Below are positions 1 through 14,499 of a stretch of 64,000 nucleotides of DNA, piece after piece (the first letter of the stretch is position 1; every line of letters begins with the position of its first letter). The position numbers and the translations under genes were made by a program. This DNA is from Octopus vulgaris. Lineage: Eukaryota. The DNA lies in contig OX597819.1 in NCBI GenBank assembly GCA_951406725.2, positions 106,144,001 through 106,208,000 of the forward strand. The letters are read 5' to 3'. The notes below the pieces were generated by a model, which did no database searches, had not been told where the DNA came from, and worked only from the letters and a program-made list of their open reading frames with translations.

Positions 1-2
1 TG

Positions 3-180
3 TTTCATCAGGTCAATGCTCCAGCACACAAGCCCTTCGTTTCAATGGTTGCTGTGCGTGACTGTGGCTTTGAACTGTTTCACTACATTCCCTGTTCTCA
101 TGATTTGGCCTCATCTGACTATTATCTGATCCCCAACTCCCCAACCTCACAAAACATGCCTGGGAAACAGTTTCGCAGTT
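3..180 (+). mobile_element. Mariner transposase fragment (catalytic C-terminal half, decayed)
   Basis: Frame +3 reads FHQVNAPAHKPFVSMVAVRDCGFELFHYIPCSHDLASSDYYLIPN, then GKQFRS. This matches the mariner HQDNAPAH and HPPYSPDLAPSDY motifs. Confidence 0.8.
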
Positions 181-567
181 TATGTAACCAATCTGGTCAC
201 ATTCCATGGTAGTAGTCTGGTTAGCCTATCAACTTTCAGCCAACTTTCATATATATATATTAGGAATATTTTATCTTCCAAGTACAATTCTGTATAACTT
301 AGTAATTATTTCTAATAAAGGTACAAGAGCCTCAATTTTGAGAGGAAGGATGAAAGACAAAGTCGACCTTGACGAGCCATTTTTCCGACGCTATAACCAT
401 TCTTACAATGCATCGTATAAAGAGTATAAAATTATCAAATAATAAATATTATATTGATTCTACCATCATTGTGTTCCTCATTACGTTCATGTTATGTATA
501 CATAGTTACATAATCTCATTAAATAAACCATTTAATAACTTAGACGTGCTGTCTCACACACACACTC

Positions 568-611
<44 letters not shown>

Positions 612-633
612 ACACACAAAAACTAACAAGCGC

Positions 634-688
<55 letters not shown>

Positions 689-2479
689 CATTTTTACACA
701 TTCACATTTCTTGCTGTGACGGACCTCCATTAATAAAATAATTTATTACACAAATTTGCTTTCGAAATTGAATTCTGAAGTCCACATAGTTATTTTTCCT
801 TTAATGCTGATTGAATATCTTGATTTAGCTTTGACTTATATAATCGCTTGTTCAGTAAGCTATATATTATTTCTCCAAAATCTGACATAATTTAAAACTC
901 CAACTAAAATATTTAAATCATAATATTGTTGCATTTTACTTTTACTAATTCTGTATTCCTCTTTGCAAGTCAGTTTTTGTGGGTGAGACGTTAGTGAAAT
1001 GTACGAGAAGGAAATACGTTTTAAGATTAGAGAGCGAGCTAGAGAGAATTGAAAACAACGATTTGCATATACTTACTTCTCAATTATTGCCAACTCATGT
1101 ATATGGTTAGAGGAGAGTTGCCAAAGGTTTCCTGTAGTGAGATCGAACTTCAAATTCACGTGATTATCAAACGAACGATTTAACCACATGGCTATATGAC
1201 AGTAATAATACATGATCATTTGTTTTAAAATTTTCGAAGAGAAAAGCTATTTGAAAGAGAAAATAATTACAAGACAAACTAAGACGTTTTATTACATATT
1301 ATAACATTCCTGAAATACCCAGAACAGAAGAGAACAGTAACGTTGACGCATTAGAAAATATTTTAGTGTAATAAAATCAAATTTGAATTTAGAACAAGAA
1401 CTAAGAACTCGAAAATATGACTAACAGAAAAATAAGTGCCATAAATTCTTCAGGATAGGTATTTAAATTCGCTGATAAGAAAAGAACTCTATACCAATAA
1501 ACAATGGCACTCGCATAAACAAGGTAAAAAAACCGACGAAATCATATATAATGATATCGGCATAGAATCATAATCTAGAGGGGGAAACAGATATATCTTA
1601 GGCAAAATATCTCGTAAAAAATAATCAGCGTTTATTAGAGTGAAAGAACATAAAAAGTACGGCAGCTCAACCAAATGTAGATCCATGTAGCTAGCAATAA
1701 TGACTTAGATACGCTTACTACGCTTACTATGACCGCCATCATGTAATTTATCGGCACCGAAAAAGTCCAGCATGATTCAAAAGAGTCGGCCTCGAGTATT
1801 ATTATTCAGTAACACCTATATCTAAAAATTATCTGCTTTGAACGAGCACACACATACATTACAAGGGACAATATATAGAACAGGCATGGGCAAACGTTTT
1901 CAGTAAGATAGCCGATGAGACATGGTTCATTATCCAGCGGGCTGTACTACAGAAAAATGAAGGTCGGTCATAATGCACGTAAAACTTTCCTAATGCATGT
2001 AAAGCATTATGGCCTGAGGTAGGTCATAATGCATGTAAAACATGCACCCAATGCCAGAGCTGAAGACACCTCCGAAAGGGGGGGGGGCACGTCAAAACGG
2101 TAGAGGAGTAGGGGCCGAAACCGGACGTGGTTCCTCCTGATGATGTCCGGAGCTAACTGGATTCTATAAAGGAGCAGTTGTGGTAGCAGACCACGAAACG
2201 CGGTTGTAATTCCTTCCTAGTGAGAACACATGCTAGATTAACAAGGATAAAATACATGATGTTGATGCGAGCATTAGCTGCCGCACCTTTGCATAATCAG
2301 GGAGCTGGTAGGCCTCCTCTTCAAAAATAAACGTAGACAATTTTTAAATAGCGTCAGCGGTGTCTTGTAGCATGATGACAGATTCTTGATTAGCAGCAGT
2401 AGTAATAATGTCACTAGATAATGAAGGGTGCATGTTGTTAAATGGTGGTGAACTTTGTTGTAATTTTTTTTTCACTTAT

Positions 2480-3060
2480 AACACTTGTTATTCTTTTATT
2501 ACTTGCAGACATACATAAATAAACTCGTTCCTGTCCCAATGTCCTAATGTGAATTTAGATCTCGTAAAGGCATCACTGTCAAAGACTTTGGAATAAGAAA
2601 ACTGCGGGTGAAGTGCATAACACTAGGTATTTCAGTCTCTATCAAGTTTTTATTAACCCAACATAAACGTTCAGCACTGTCAATAGAAATGCAATATGGA
2701 GAACTCCTGAAAAATTGGAGCGCCCATTCAAGTTGGTTGATGTTTGTCCAGCTGATATAAAGGCCCCTTTCACTTCTACGGGTGCTCTGTTGCAACAATT
2801 TCCTTTAGAATATGGTGTTAAGAGGTGAATATGCTTGCAGCTGTCCGTGAACGACACTCGCTCTATAACTCATACAGTTGTATAAATCTTTACATTTAAC
2901 GTCAGTGATACAGATGTCTTTATTTGCTACAATACAGAATGTGATAATTTCATCTGAATAACTTTAAATCTAAAACAAAAGCCACCATAATTTTGTGAAT
3001 CGTTGCATGTTGACGAATGTCATCTTGTGGTTCTTTCATTATTATTATATTGTCTATCAA
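2480..3060 (-). mobile_element. Probable Helitron PIF1-like helicase relic (heavily decayed)
   Basis: Minus-strand peptide scraps occur in the expected order: TFVNMQR (L.xNMR), IERVSF (ERAIL), NFSGVLHIAF (SGxPPHxL), KNLIETEI, FLIPK (IPRI). Many frameshifts. Confidence 0.4.
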
Positions 3061-3261
3061 TATCAGCGTCTTTCACAGAGGGTATGTATGTGAGTATGAG
3101 GTGTTCATTGTCTATCTGAGGAAGTGTGAATAATTGTACATTCATTCAACCTTTCTTTTATCAGACTCTTTTCCTTTCAACACATGCATGAACCTAAGTA
3201 TGTACTTCTGAAACTGTGGATATATATATCTATATCTATCTATCTATATATATATATATTG

Positions 3262-3460
3262 GATCGTTAGCCCCTACACGCAATTTTTTTCTCCTTGTTT
3301 CTCTCTTTGTTTCTTTTCTATGTATCTTTCTGTCGAAGAGCGTAGGCTCGAAACGTAAAAGACTTGTTTTATTTCTATTCCTGAGCGCCATACTAATACG
3401 TTATTTGTTTGTACTCCACCTGCCTTCGTCTTTTGTTTATTTTCGTAAACCTTCCCGTTA
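3262..3460 (+). mobile_element. Short PLE-terminus-derived element carrying a hammerhead-like motif
   Basis: Homologous to the 3' end of the GIY-YIG element at 24730-24909 and flanked by (TA)n. Confidence 0.7.
3325..3362 (+). ncRNA. Minimal type I hammerhead-like motif (core variant CUGUCGA)
   Basis: TCTTT-CTGTCGA-A-GAGC gtag GCTC-GAAA-CG-TA-AAAGA: 5-bp stem I, 4-bp stem II and palindromic ACGT stem III. Confidence 0.65.
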
Positions 3461-3839
3461 TATATATATATATATATATATATGTAGTTAATCAAAACAA
3501 GAAAACAAAAACAAAAAAACAGCAACGCAAGGACGTGGAACAAATAAAGTATTATTGGACGCTCAGGAAAGAAGGGAAGAAGGATGTTTTCCCTCCATAT
3601 CTACGTGAATTATTTTTGAGTAAACACTATCTGGGAGACTTTTCTTAAAGTAGTAGTTATGGCTAAAAATACTTTTTGGCTGCTATTTCTAAAAATTTCA
3701 GTATGTGGCAAAGTAAATTATTTTACTGAGACCTAATTATATAACGTAATATTTTGAATATGCCTTGAATGGTCCTTTTACATATTGAACACTACTTGGT
3801 GAAATTAATTAATAATTAATTGATTTTACCCTTAATTAT

Positions 3840-3902
<63 letters not shown>

Positions 3903-4207
3903 AATATACATATGTCTATGTATGTATGTATGTGTGCATGTATATGTGTATGCGTCTTCCACTGTATGCGTGTATGCATGCATGTGTATGCCTACGTATC
4001 GATGTTGCATTCATTTGGAATCTTGTATTTGGAAGCTATCAATGGTTTGTATGTACGTTGATACACCACATATACAAAATATCTACTTTCTTCTTTTGCC
4101 TGCATTGCCTCCAGCAGTTGTGTGCTGTAATATGTCTCATCACCCAGTCTGAATGCCAGCAATTGCAGCTGCCCACCACAGTATATCTATATCTATATCT
4201 ATATCTA

Positions 4208-4282
<75 letters not shown>

Positions 4283-4359
4283 TATATATATATATATTAC
4301 GGAGATGTACTTGCATAGCGAGTGACTTGATCTGAGATCGTGTGCTGGAACGAAAATTT

Positions 4360-4548
4360 TTGCAGCGTAGAAGGTGTTTATAAGCTATTTAAGAAACTCA
4401 CGAAGCTGCAGCATGAAGTTTCGTCTGTGAACAGGTCACGGTCTCAAAGCGACGAAAATATTTTGACAAATTAAATTTAAATGTTGAAGCGAATCTAACG
4501 GATTTTGTGGGTTTCTTAAATGGCGTATAAGCACCTTCCACGCTGCAA
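4360..4548. repeat. Fold-back element with ~45-bp imperfect inverted arms
   Basis: ttgcagcgtagaaggtgtttataagctatttaagaaactcacgaa (4360-4404) matches the reverse complement of 4503-4548. Confidence 0.8.
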
Positions 4549-4735
4549 TTGTCATATATATATCAAGGTATGCAGAGTTAGCGGTTATAGTAACTGACTA
4601 AAGGATAACATATCCGTATTTACTATCGGTACCAGTTGATTGTGCTATCCCTGGGCATGGGTATGCAAGCACACTATACACGTAGGATTCCGATAACTAC
4701 AGAATAGAAAAAAGTTTATCAGGAATAAAATTTAA

Positions 4736-4911
4736 TCAGAAAAAGGATAAAACTTTGGATCAACAAACATATTGGACCACAGCTATAGATTATTTTTTTA
4801 ATACCAAACATGACATAACATTTCTGTGGCTTTGTTTTGTATTACAAAATAATCTACAGACGTGGTCCAATTTGTTTGTTTGTTGATCTTAAGTTTTCTT
4901 CATTTTCTGAT
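4736..4911. repeat. Fold-back element with ~75-bp inverted arms and a ~20-bp spacer
   Basis: atcagaaaaaggataaaactttggatcaacaaac...ttggaccac...attatttt is mirrored at 4833-4911. Confidence 0.8.
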
Positions 4912-4919
4912 TATTTAGA

Positions 4920-4977
<58 letters not shown>

Positions 4978-5153
4978 TGTTGTGTCTGGGGATAGTAATT
5001 TTCTTTTTGTGTCTCATAGTATAACAAACTCACTGGTAAAATTTTCACTTTTCTTCTTATTTTTATTTTCCTAAAATTTTCATTGCGTCTTGCAACCTTT
5101 TCAATAGTTTTGACTATACACATATACACACATATATATATACGTACACACAC

Positions 5154-5184
<31 letters not shown>

Positions 5185-5300
5185 CGCACATATATATGCG
5201 TATGTATGTATATGTATGTGTCTGTATGTGTTTGTGTGTGTGCATGCACGCGTATGTAAGCACGCGTGTGTGTCTATGTATGTATGCATATGTATATATA

Positions 5301-6401
5301 CAGGAGTTGGATGAAATAATGTTCTACTCTCTATATGTGTTTATATGCATTATGTAATCATCGTAATCCATTACAAGATTTTTCTACTTTTACACAGACT
5401 TATATCTAAATATTCTATAACGCGTGTTTTCCAAACAAGATGATTTGTTGGAACCCGTAGATTAAAGTTTCAGCAATTAAAACTGACTGCCTAATTGTTG
5501 AATATTTCTAGAGGTACAGCTCCTAATATTAGACTAACATTCTTAATCCTAGGTAAAATCAGCTCTGGCGCGAATAATTTTCCTCGGAGTGTAAATGTCA
5601 ATGAGCGGGACGGCAGAATAATGAAATACATTGTATTTAAAACCATGAGTCGCGGTTTGCTAAAGTGGTAGCAGAGTTAATATACCACCATGCTAACCCT
5701 GCCTCAACCAAGGACCTTCGCTGTGAGCTCCTCATCAACATTGTAAAACGGGAAAATAGTGTCTCGAATATCAAATGTTCTCAAGGGCTCTTGGAACAAT
5801 GTCATTTCTGATAAATATTAATTCACCTTTTTTTTCCCATTTAGAGGTGAGTTTAATTCTGGAGACATCCCGTAGCCATCTGTAATCCTGAATTCACCAC
5901 CATGAAACATGGATGTGGCTCCGTGATGATTTTTATAGTCATATCACGTAGTTCTCTAAGCCCTTTAGCTGGTGAACATAGTAGGTTAATGCCAAGAATT
6001 TCTGAGTATTTTGGTTGATCATATCCATCTTAGAATACAAATATTGTTCCACAATGGCTCACAATAATAATGCACAAGTTCACACAAATGGTGCTGAACA
6101 TTAATACAAAGAGCGCTAAAGTAAACAGCTGGAGGCCATCACCCCTACCCCAATCAACTGATCAGAATATAATCGAACGTTTATGGTATAATTTGGAACA
6201 TGTATTGAGGATTGGTCGCCGCTGAAAGAGCTAAAACAAGTTTTATTTGAGGAACAGCTCAATATTTCTCTAACAACCGTTCAGTACCGGCAAAATCTAC
6301 ACTCGATGTATTGAGAGTGCGTTTGTTGGAAAATGTGGACCAACTCTGTATTTATTAATATATTACATTTAATAAGGCTTTTCCATTATTTCGTTCAATC
6401 C

Positions 6402-6404
<3 letters not shown>
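5301..6404 (+). mobile_element. Decayed Tc1-family transposon with TIRs
   Basis: Ends are TA-caggagttggatgaaataatg and cattatttcgttcaatccctg-TA. Internal peptides TMKHGCGSVMI and QSTDQNIIERLW resemble the Tc1 KHGGGSVM and SPDLNPIE motifs. Confidence 0.8.
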
Positions 6405-6455
<51 letters not shown>

Positions 6456-6538
6456 TGTATATATATATATGTATGTATGTATGTATGTATCTACACATGT
6501 ATGCGTCTATATATATATACATATATATTTGTATATAT

Positions 6539-6575
<37 letters not shown>

Positions 6576-8849
6576 CATATAAATATATACATATGTATAC
6601 ATACATTTAGATAGATAGATACTGAGAGAGTGAGAATCAGTAGATATGCCTGTGCATCACAGTACATATCTGAACTCATTTAAAAATGAGGTACTTGCCC
6701 TGCAAGTTCTTAATAAATAATTAAAATTAATTACTACTGTGTCGACAATATCTATGTGAAAGTTATATACATACATTATATATATATATATATATATACA
6801 CATGCACATACACACACAGTATATTTATATTTATACGTTTGTGTAACATTAGCACTCTTTGAAACTTTCTTCCTCTTCTCTAATTAGTTCCTGGTAGTTT
6901 TTTCACGTTACTAACACAATCATACCGAAATTTTATGCACTTCAATTAAACAATGAAGTAGGTTCAGATATCAATGCTTGCTAGTACTGCCTCGTGTGCA
7001 CCTCGCTCTAATTCCACAGTTTGAACTATTTTGATAACACCATTGTATTGAACCGATTTTTGATTCACATCCGTTTCATTGTGTGGACTTCTTTGTTTGG
7101 TGGTGTTATGTTGTGGCAGATAAAACTGTTTTTCTAAGTAAGAATTTCAACGCTGTCCATTTGAATTTACGTAGACAATCAGTTTCTAGATGTAAGTAAA
7201 TGAATTGTTTGTGTAAAATAACAGTTGATAAAAGATAAGGAAACTAGTCATAATACTGAAAACAATCGTCATGTATAAGCTGTTCATATCTCACAGACGT
7301 TGTATAAATCTGATCGTAAATTGTTCAAGTACTAAGTTAACGTTTACAACGTACATGCCGACACAACCAATTAAAAAGAAGTAGCAGTGTCTGCCAACAT
7401 CTTTTCATACTAGTGATGAGATTGCGAAGCTCTAGAAACACTGATAATGAATTTAAGAGATTTGATGTTACGAACTAGGCGAACATTTTACGAAACAATG
7501 AAAGAATATTATGAAAAATTCCAAGAAATATATTAAGCTGAGAATAAAAGAAAAAAATGTAAATAATGGAAATAAAACTTGTAATTTCTAAAAGACTGGC
7601 CGAAAGCATAGTTACCCCACATATGCACACATATGTGAGCACACACACATACACGCACACACATACACACACACAAACACACACACACACATGCAAAACC
7701 ACTTGGACAAACAACACAGAAAGAACAAAATACGGCAAATACTTTATTTTAACAGTTGAAATGCGTTTTGAACATTAGTCCATCTTCAGAAATAAAAGGC
7801 AATTAGGAGTATATATAGGTACAGAAGGTGTGACGGAAGGAGCTTGTGAAAAACTGAAAATAAAAACAATTAAACGAAAGACTTAGGAGGAAGAGAAAGG
7901 GTTATTATTAGTCAGGGAAAATCCCGTTTCACGTGGGGTTCATTAAATATGTGCGTGATTGTGTGTGTGTGTTTGTGTGAGAGTGTGTTTGTGGTGTGTG
8001 TGTCGGTTTGTGTGTGTGTGTGTTGTGTTTCTTATCAAGAAGAATGGTGTTTATCGGTGTTTTTTTGGTTGTGTGAATATATGCGTACAGATCTGTGTGA
8101 ATCCAGTGGCCTGGATAAGTTGGGTTTGGTGAAAAAGTAGGTGTGTGTGTAATTCATCGGTCGAAAGTGTGAAAGTGTACGTGTAAGCATCTGCTTATGT
8201 GTATGTGTATGTGTGTTTACGTGTGCGTGTGCATGTCTGAAACCATCAAGGAAATGTACGAAAGTGTGGAATAATTTCAAACGGTGTGAAATGCGAACGG
8301 TATTTTTGGAGTGTGTGCCGGATCCAAAAGCATCTGGTGGTTTAGATGTGTACGGTAATGAATCACAGTTTGATATGGGGAAAGTTAGGCAGAGAACAAA
8401 AAAATTGAGATGGCAAAAAGTCATAGATGGTAAAAGCCATAAGCAGATCCAAGAAGACATAAAACGAAACAGTTAAGACCGACCTCAGGTGATGACTGGA
8501 ACGATGGAAAATGACCAACGGATGAAGTATCACAAAGTGTATTATTTTCTGTTAGAATAGAGCTAAGTGAAAAGCATAGAAGCAGCCGAAGAATAAATAA
8601 GAGTGTGAGTAGATGTAGCTAGTTAAGAGTCAACTACTACAATGCAGTCCAGTAAGTGGGAGGAAGTGAGAGCAGAACGGAGTGGGTGTAAGTTGTGAAT
8701 CAAAACTTGGTGAAGTAGTAAATAGATGTGTTTGAAGTGCCAGCATGTGAATGTAGTTTTGTGTTCATGCTTGTGAGCCTCAAAGAGAAATATGTGCAAA
8801 TCCAAGTACCAGCCTGTCGCATTGATAAAATGGCAGATGGAAAAAGCTA

Positions 8850-9032
8850 CGAGAGGATGCTAAAAAGTTCCTGGCTTTAAGGATACCACAAAAGGCCTTC
8901 CGAATTCTTTTTTTGCAAGGCTTAGAAAAACTGCAGTAATAAGTATGTGAATCTGAAAGGGGAATATGTTGAGTAAAATCATAATTAACTAATGCTCCGG
9001 TATTTTCTTTTACCCAAAGCATCCCCCCCCCC
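8850..9032 (-). mobile_element. Mariner-type MITE (same family as 34885-35103)
   Basis: Starts TA-cgagaggatgctaaaaagttcctggcttt. The body is the reverse complement of the 34.9-kb copy. Confidence 0.7.
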
Positions 9033-9033
9033 A

Positions 9034-10065
9034 TGTATATGACTATGTTCATGTTTATGTGTGTTGGTGTGTCAAATCACCTATAGCCGAAGTCTTTATG
9101 CAAGAAAAGAGTTAGCGTATGTGAAAATTATAATAGGGCAGAGTAGGGCAATATATGGGGGAGTATTCTACTATGTGAGGAATATAGAATGAGACGAGAT
9201 GGAAAAGGAACACATAGTTTGTACTGGGACAGGAATTGAGAGGGCAACGGTTGCAGTGAAGCTTAGATGAAGTGAATTTAAGAGTATAAACAGTAAGGAG
9301 TGAATTGTTTTAGAAATTAGTTGAGCACCTGTTTCACAGTTGAAGTAAGAAGTGGGCGATCCGATATTGGAAGATAAACGGAAACCTGTGACATTTTGGG
9401 TGGAGGGGGTATACATACATACATACATACATACATACATACAAACATACATACATACATACACACATACATACATACATACATACATACACACATACAT
9501 ACATACATGAAATATACATGCGTTTGTGTGTATACAGGTATGTATGTATGTGTGTATATGACTATGTTCATGTTTATGTGTGTTGGTGTGTCAGATCACC
9601 TATAGCCGAAGTCTCTATGCAAGAAAAGAGTTAGCGTATGTGAAAATTATAACAGGGCAGAGTAGGGTAGTATATGGGGGAGTATTCTACAATGTGAGGA
9701 ATATAGAAAGAGACGAGATGGAAAAGGAACACATAGTTTGTACTGGGACAGGAATTGAGAGGGAAACGGTTGCAGTGAAGCTTAGATGAAGTGAATTTAA
9801 GAGTATAAATAGTAAGGAGTGAATTGTTTTAGAAATTACTTGAGCACCTGTTTCACAGTTGAAGAAGTGGGCGATCCGATATTGGAAGGTAAACGGAAAC
9901 CTGTGACATTTTGGGTGGAGGGGGTATACATACATACATACATACATACATACATACATACATACATACACACATACATACATACATACATACATACACA
10001 CATACATACATACATGAAATATACATGCGTTTGTGTGTATACAGGTATGTATGTATGTGTGTATG
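9034..10065. repeat. Recent tandem duplication, two ~519-bp units
   Basis: tgtatatgactatgttcatgtttatgtgtgttggtgtgtc starts at 9034 and again at 9553. The units are near-identical, including the internal (TACA)n. Confidence 0.95.
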
Positions 10066-10097
10066 TATGTATGTATGTATGTATGTATGTATGTATG

Positions 10098-10139
<42 letters not shown>

Positions 10140-10587
10140 TGTATGTGTGTGTACACATACGTACATATATATGATTGTGTCATTCGGCGAAGACGACATA
10201 TGAGTGTTCAGTTTTTTTTTTATGAACGACCTACAAAAGTCTTTTGTTTACAGTCATCAATTGTATGTGCTGTACTCCTAAGATCAAATCTTCACTGACC
10301 GAGTAGGTGCTTGGTATACCACACCTCAGGTGTCGAACTGCCCGCAGAACAAAAAAAAAAAAAAAAAATCATCCGGTCAGGAACTGAAACCACGATGTCA
10401 AGATCGTGAGTACACTACACTAGTCTCTAGGCCATGCGCCCTCATACACACACATGTATATCTGTGTACATGCAGGTGATGGGTACAAACATCCATTTAA
10501 AATTAACTTTGGGAAAGGAGAGTACTGAAAGGTATGGTAGAGATTAATGATACGTTACTTTGTTTGGTGACGTCATATATGTTTATA

Positions 10588-11799
10588 GACAGACACGACA
10601 GAAGTAAATAGACACCACATAAAACATCGTTTTATGTTTATGCTAACTTGTAAAGGTTTATAGTTTTTATTACTTGACATTTTTATGTTTCAGGTTCTAT
10701 ATGTGACTGTTTAATTGTGACATGTGCAAAAGAAGCTTTGGAACGGTCTGAATTTCAAAGAAGCCGTATTGTGGGTCATTTTGAAGGTGGATATAGCGTA
10801 AAACCGCAGAAAACCTTCAGATCCTGCTTTCTACAGTTAGAGTGATTGTGCAATTCACCAGACATGGGAAAGAGTCCACATCACCTCGCGGGGATCAATC
10901 AGGGCCCTCTGACAGGACCCTTCACGTTTTCTAAGAGAAGTATGGAGGACAATAATCGTTGCAAGGCTTCTGACATAGCAGAACAAATTGATGTCAGTCC
11001 TAGAACAGCTGATAGGTATATCAATAAACAAGAGATACCATTTCTTCGACCAGCCAACATCCCACGGAGAAAATATTGGAAAGGTGAAGCGGCCACTATC
11101 ATTTTGGGACACTGTCATATTCTCTGATCAGTCCAGATTTGCTGTATTTCCTGACAGTGGTCGAGTGTGGGTCTGGAGACTTTATGATCAAGAATCTGAC
11201 GTGAAAAGCTTGTAGCCAACAATGAAACACGTCACCTATTATGTGATGGTCTGGGGAGAAATTTGGAGCAATGGTTGATGAAATCTGGTGGAGTGTGAGG
11301 GAAACTTAAACTCCGATAAATATGTGTTCATATTACAGAAAGGATTCCTTCCAATCTTTTCTAGTGGTGAAATGATTAAAGAGGACTATTTATGAAAGAT
11401 GGGTCTCCTTCTCACACGGCTAAAATAAACCAAGATTTTTTGAATGAGAATGGCATTAAAAGCTTTCATGTTCAATCCAGTCACCAGATATGTACCCTAC
11501 TGAACAACTCTGGAACGTAATGGACAGCGCACTTCATATAAAGAACCAGAAAGCATTTTCAGAGCCAGATCTTTTGAGATTACTGCATGAAACGTGGCAA
11601 GAAATTTCTCGAGAGAATATTCGTCATGTGATCAGTAATGTACCTAAGAGGGACCTTGCATGAAAAAATGTAAAAGCGTGACTACTGAATAGTAAATATG
11701 CACATTATAACAATTGATGAATAATTTGAATGTATAATTTCAGATTTAAATAAATTTTAGTGATTATAAGCATGTCTATTTACTTCTGTTACGTCTGTG
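10588..11799 (+). mobile_element. Near full-length decayed Tc1 transposon
   Basis: TIRs cagacacgacagaagtaaatagaca / tgtctatttacttctgttacgtctg with TA on both sides. Peptides WDTVIFSDQSRF, GRVWVWR, TMKH..VMVWG, DGSPSHTAK and QSPDMYPTEQLW. Confidence 0.9.
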
Positions 11800-12590
11800 T
11801 ATATGTTCAAATATATGTATATATGGCTGTGTGTGTTTAAATGCGAATATGTACATATGTGTGTGTATTAATACACACATACCCACGCACACACAGGGTC
11901 TATGAACTTAAATTAGTTTTGCGGAGGAGTTTTCCAGTTGTTCAAAGATAAGTTTGTAATCATTGTATTTATATGTAAATAGCTGCGTTTTCCGTAGACA
12001 CTTGTGAACTTAACGTAATTACAATTACATTAGTAGAATTGAAACGATACAGTGTATAACAAAGCTAGATGTTGGAATTACTAGGACAGTCCATGCAAAA
12101 TGTTTCCTAAGAGACTCTGTCTGAACAAATTCACATATAGTTTTGCATCGACTCATCTCTATGACAAGAAAACTCGGTCAAATGCTATTGAAAGCGTGAT
12201 CTGATTATTGCAGTACAAATTTCATAAATACATCGTTATGCGTAAGTAATTTACTGTGCATAACTTTTAAGCATACATTTACTTAAGCAAAGATATACAC
12301 ATATACAAATACATAAATTCCATTATAATATATGTAAGTCAATGTGTGAAAGATGTGATCTTACTATGTTTAGGGCGGTGGACAATTGAAATAGATATAG
12401 TGTCAGGTATAATTACGTTCACTATTTGTTCTGGCTCTTGATCTCATCGCCGCCTATGTGGCTCAGATTTGTGTGCGTGTGTGTGTGCGTGTGTGTTTGT
12501 GTGTGTGTAATATATATGTATATATATGTATCTATGTCAGTCTGTTTGTTTGTCTATCTGTCTCTCTCTTTCTCTCTCTCTATGTATATA

Positions 12591-12689
<99 letters not shown>

Positions 12690-12997
12690 ACATATTGTTT
12701 ATCTATTAGTTGTTTAGTCATTCGAATGCAGCCATGCAGCGGCACCGCCATGCAGAATTTTAGTCGAACGAATGGACCCTAGTAATTATTCTTCTTCTAA
12801 GTCTGGTAATTACCGTATCTGGCTATTTTGCCGAACTGCTACGTCATGAAAACGTAAACACTCCAAAAGAGGTCGACAAATGGTAGTGGTGGTAGTGGAG
12901 GTGGACAAACATATACAATGACACACACATAAACATGCACATATAATAGCGTGTGTGTACGTGACTGCCTACGTGTGCGTGTCTGTCTCCCTCCACT

Positions 12998-13047
<50 letters not shown>

Positions 13048-14066
13048 TGTATGTATGTATGTATGTATGTATGTATGTATGTGTATGTATGTATGTATGT
13101 ATATATGTATATATGTATATATGTGTTTCTGTGTCTGTATGTGTGTGCACATGTGTCTTGAAAGGCACGTAGCCTACTCGCTGGGCTAATCCTCACATGA
13201 TCAAAATGTCATGGACTCAATTCCTGCATCGGCCAGCGCGATGTGCCCTTCATTAAGGCACTTCAATTCATATTGCTGTCGTCTGCTCAGCTGAAAATGA
13301 GTACCAACCAACTTCTTGTTCACCTGTCTCTCCTGTCACTTGTCTCATCCTGCATATACCCCTGGTTCAAGTGGCTGGAGGATCGAAAGTCTGTCTATGT
13401 GTTTTTGAAACTACACAGGTACCTGAAACAGCTAGAGAAGGCACGGTATGTTTTTAGCAATCGATACTCGCTCGCAAATGACAGTTGGCGCTCTATGTAC
13501 GTCCTTCTATCCATTCAGTCATATTCCTTCCACCATGTCTATATACCAACAAGTCGTGATGCATAAAACACTGTGTTTACAGAATTACTTGCTTTTTCAT
13601 AGCTTTAAGTTTACATCAATGGTGAAATATATCGCGAGCATTGAGAAGAATTATGCTACCCCATTACCATAAAAAAAGCAATGACCTCAACATTGTTTTA
13701 CGTTCTTGAATCCCGCCCTTGGATTTTTTGTTTGTTTCATAGATGACAAGAAACGTTTTATTGTATTTATTAACACATGTGTCGGTTTACATTAAGGTGT
13801 TAACTAATTTTTTCATTCTTATTCAGTTTTTATTCATCATATGGACACGAAGCAGCTTTCGCGTCTCATTTAAGAGATTTCCGTGAATTCTATCGACCAC
13901 AGCACTTAATTTCGTACTCATACATCAATCCACCCATCCATTTAAGTATGTATGTATGTATGTATGTACATATGCATGTATGTACGTACGTATGCATGTA
14001 TGTATCTATACATCTACCTATCTATCCATCTATCCATCTATCTATCTATCTATCTATCTATCTATA

Positions 14067-14183
<117 letters not shown>

Positions 14184-14279
14184 CCTTTGTGTGCGTCCCT
14201 CTCTATGGACATACAAGCGCTCACAAACAGATGCACAATCAAATAAGAAAAATTGGTAGATATACTTACAGGCTTACAC

Positions 14280-14342
<63 letters not shown>

Positions 14343-14499
14343 TTCTCTCTCTCTGTATATATATATATATATGCATAATATATGGGCGGAATATTTCATG
14401 AAATTTCAACAAACATGAAGAATGATGCCAAATTATTCAGCATAATATATATATATATATATTTTCGCCTATATTCTGTAGCTTCTTTTCCATAGGCAG

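Noticed and set aside
3816-4335. Long ORFs rich in YI, YLSI, MYVC or HT repeats (here and throughout the window)
   Set aside because: They are translations of (TA)n, (TATC)n, (TGTA)n and (CA)n microsatellites, not genes.
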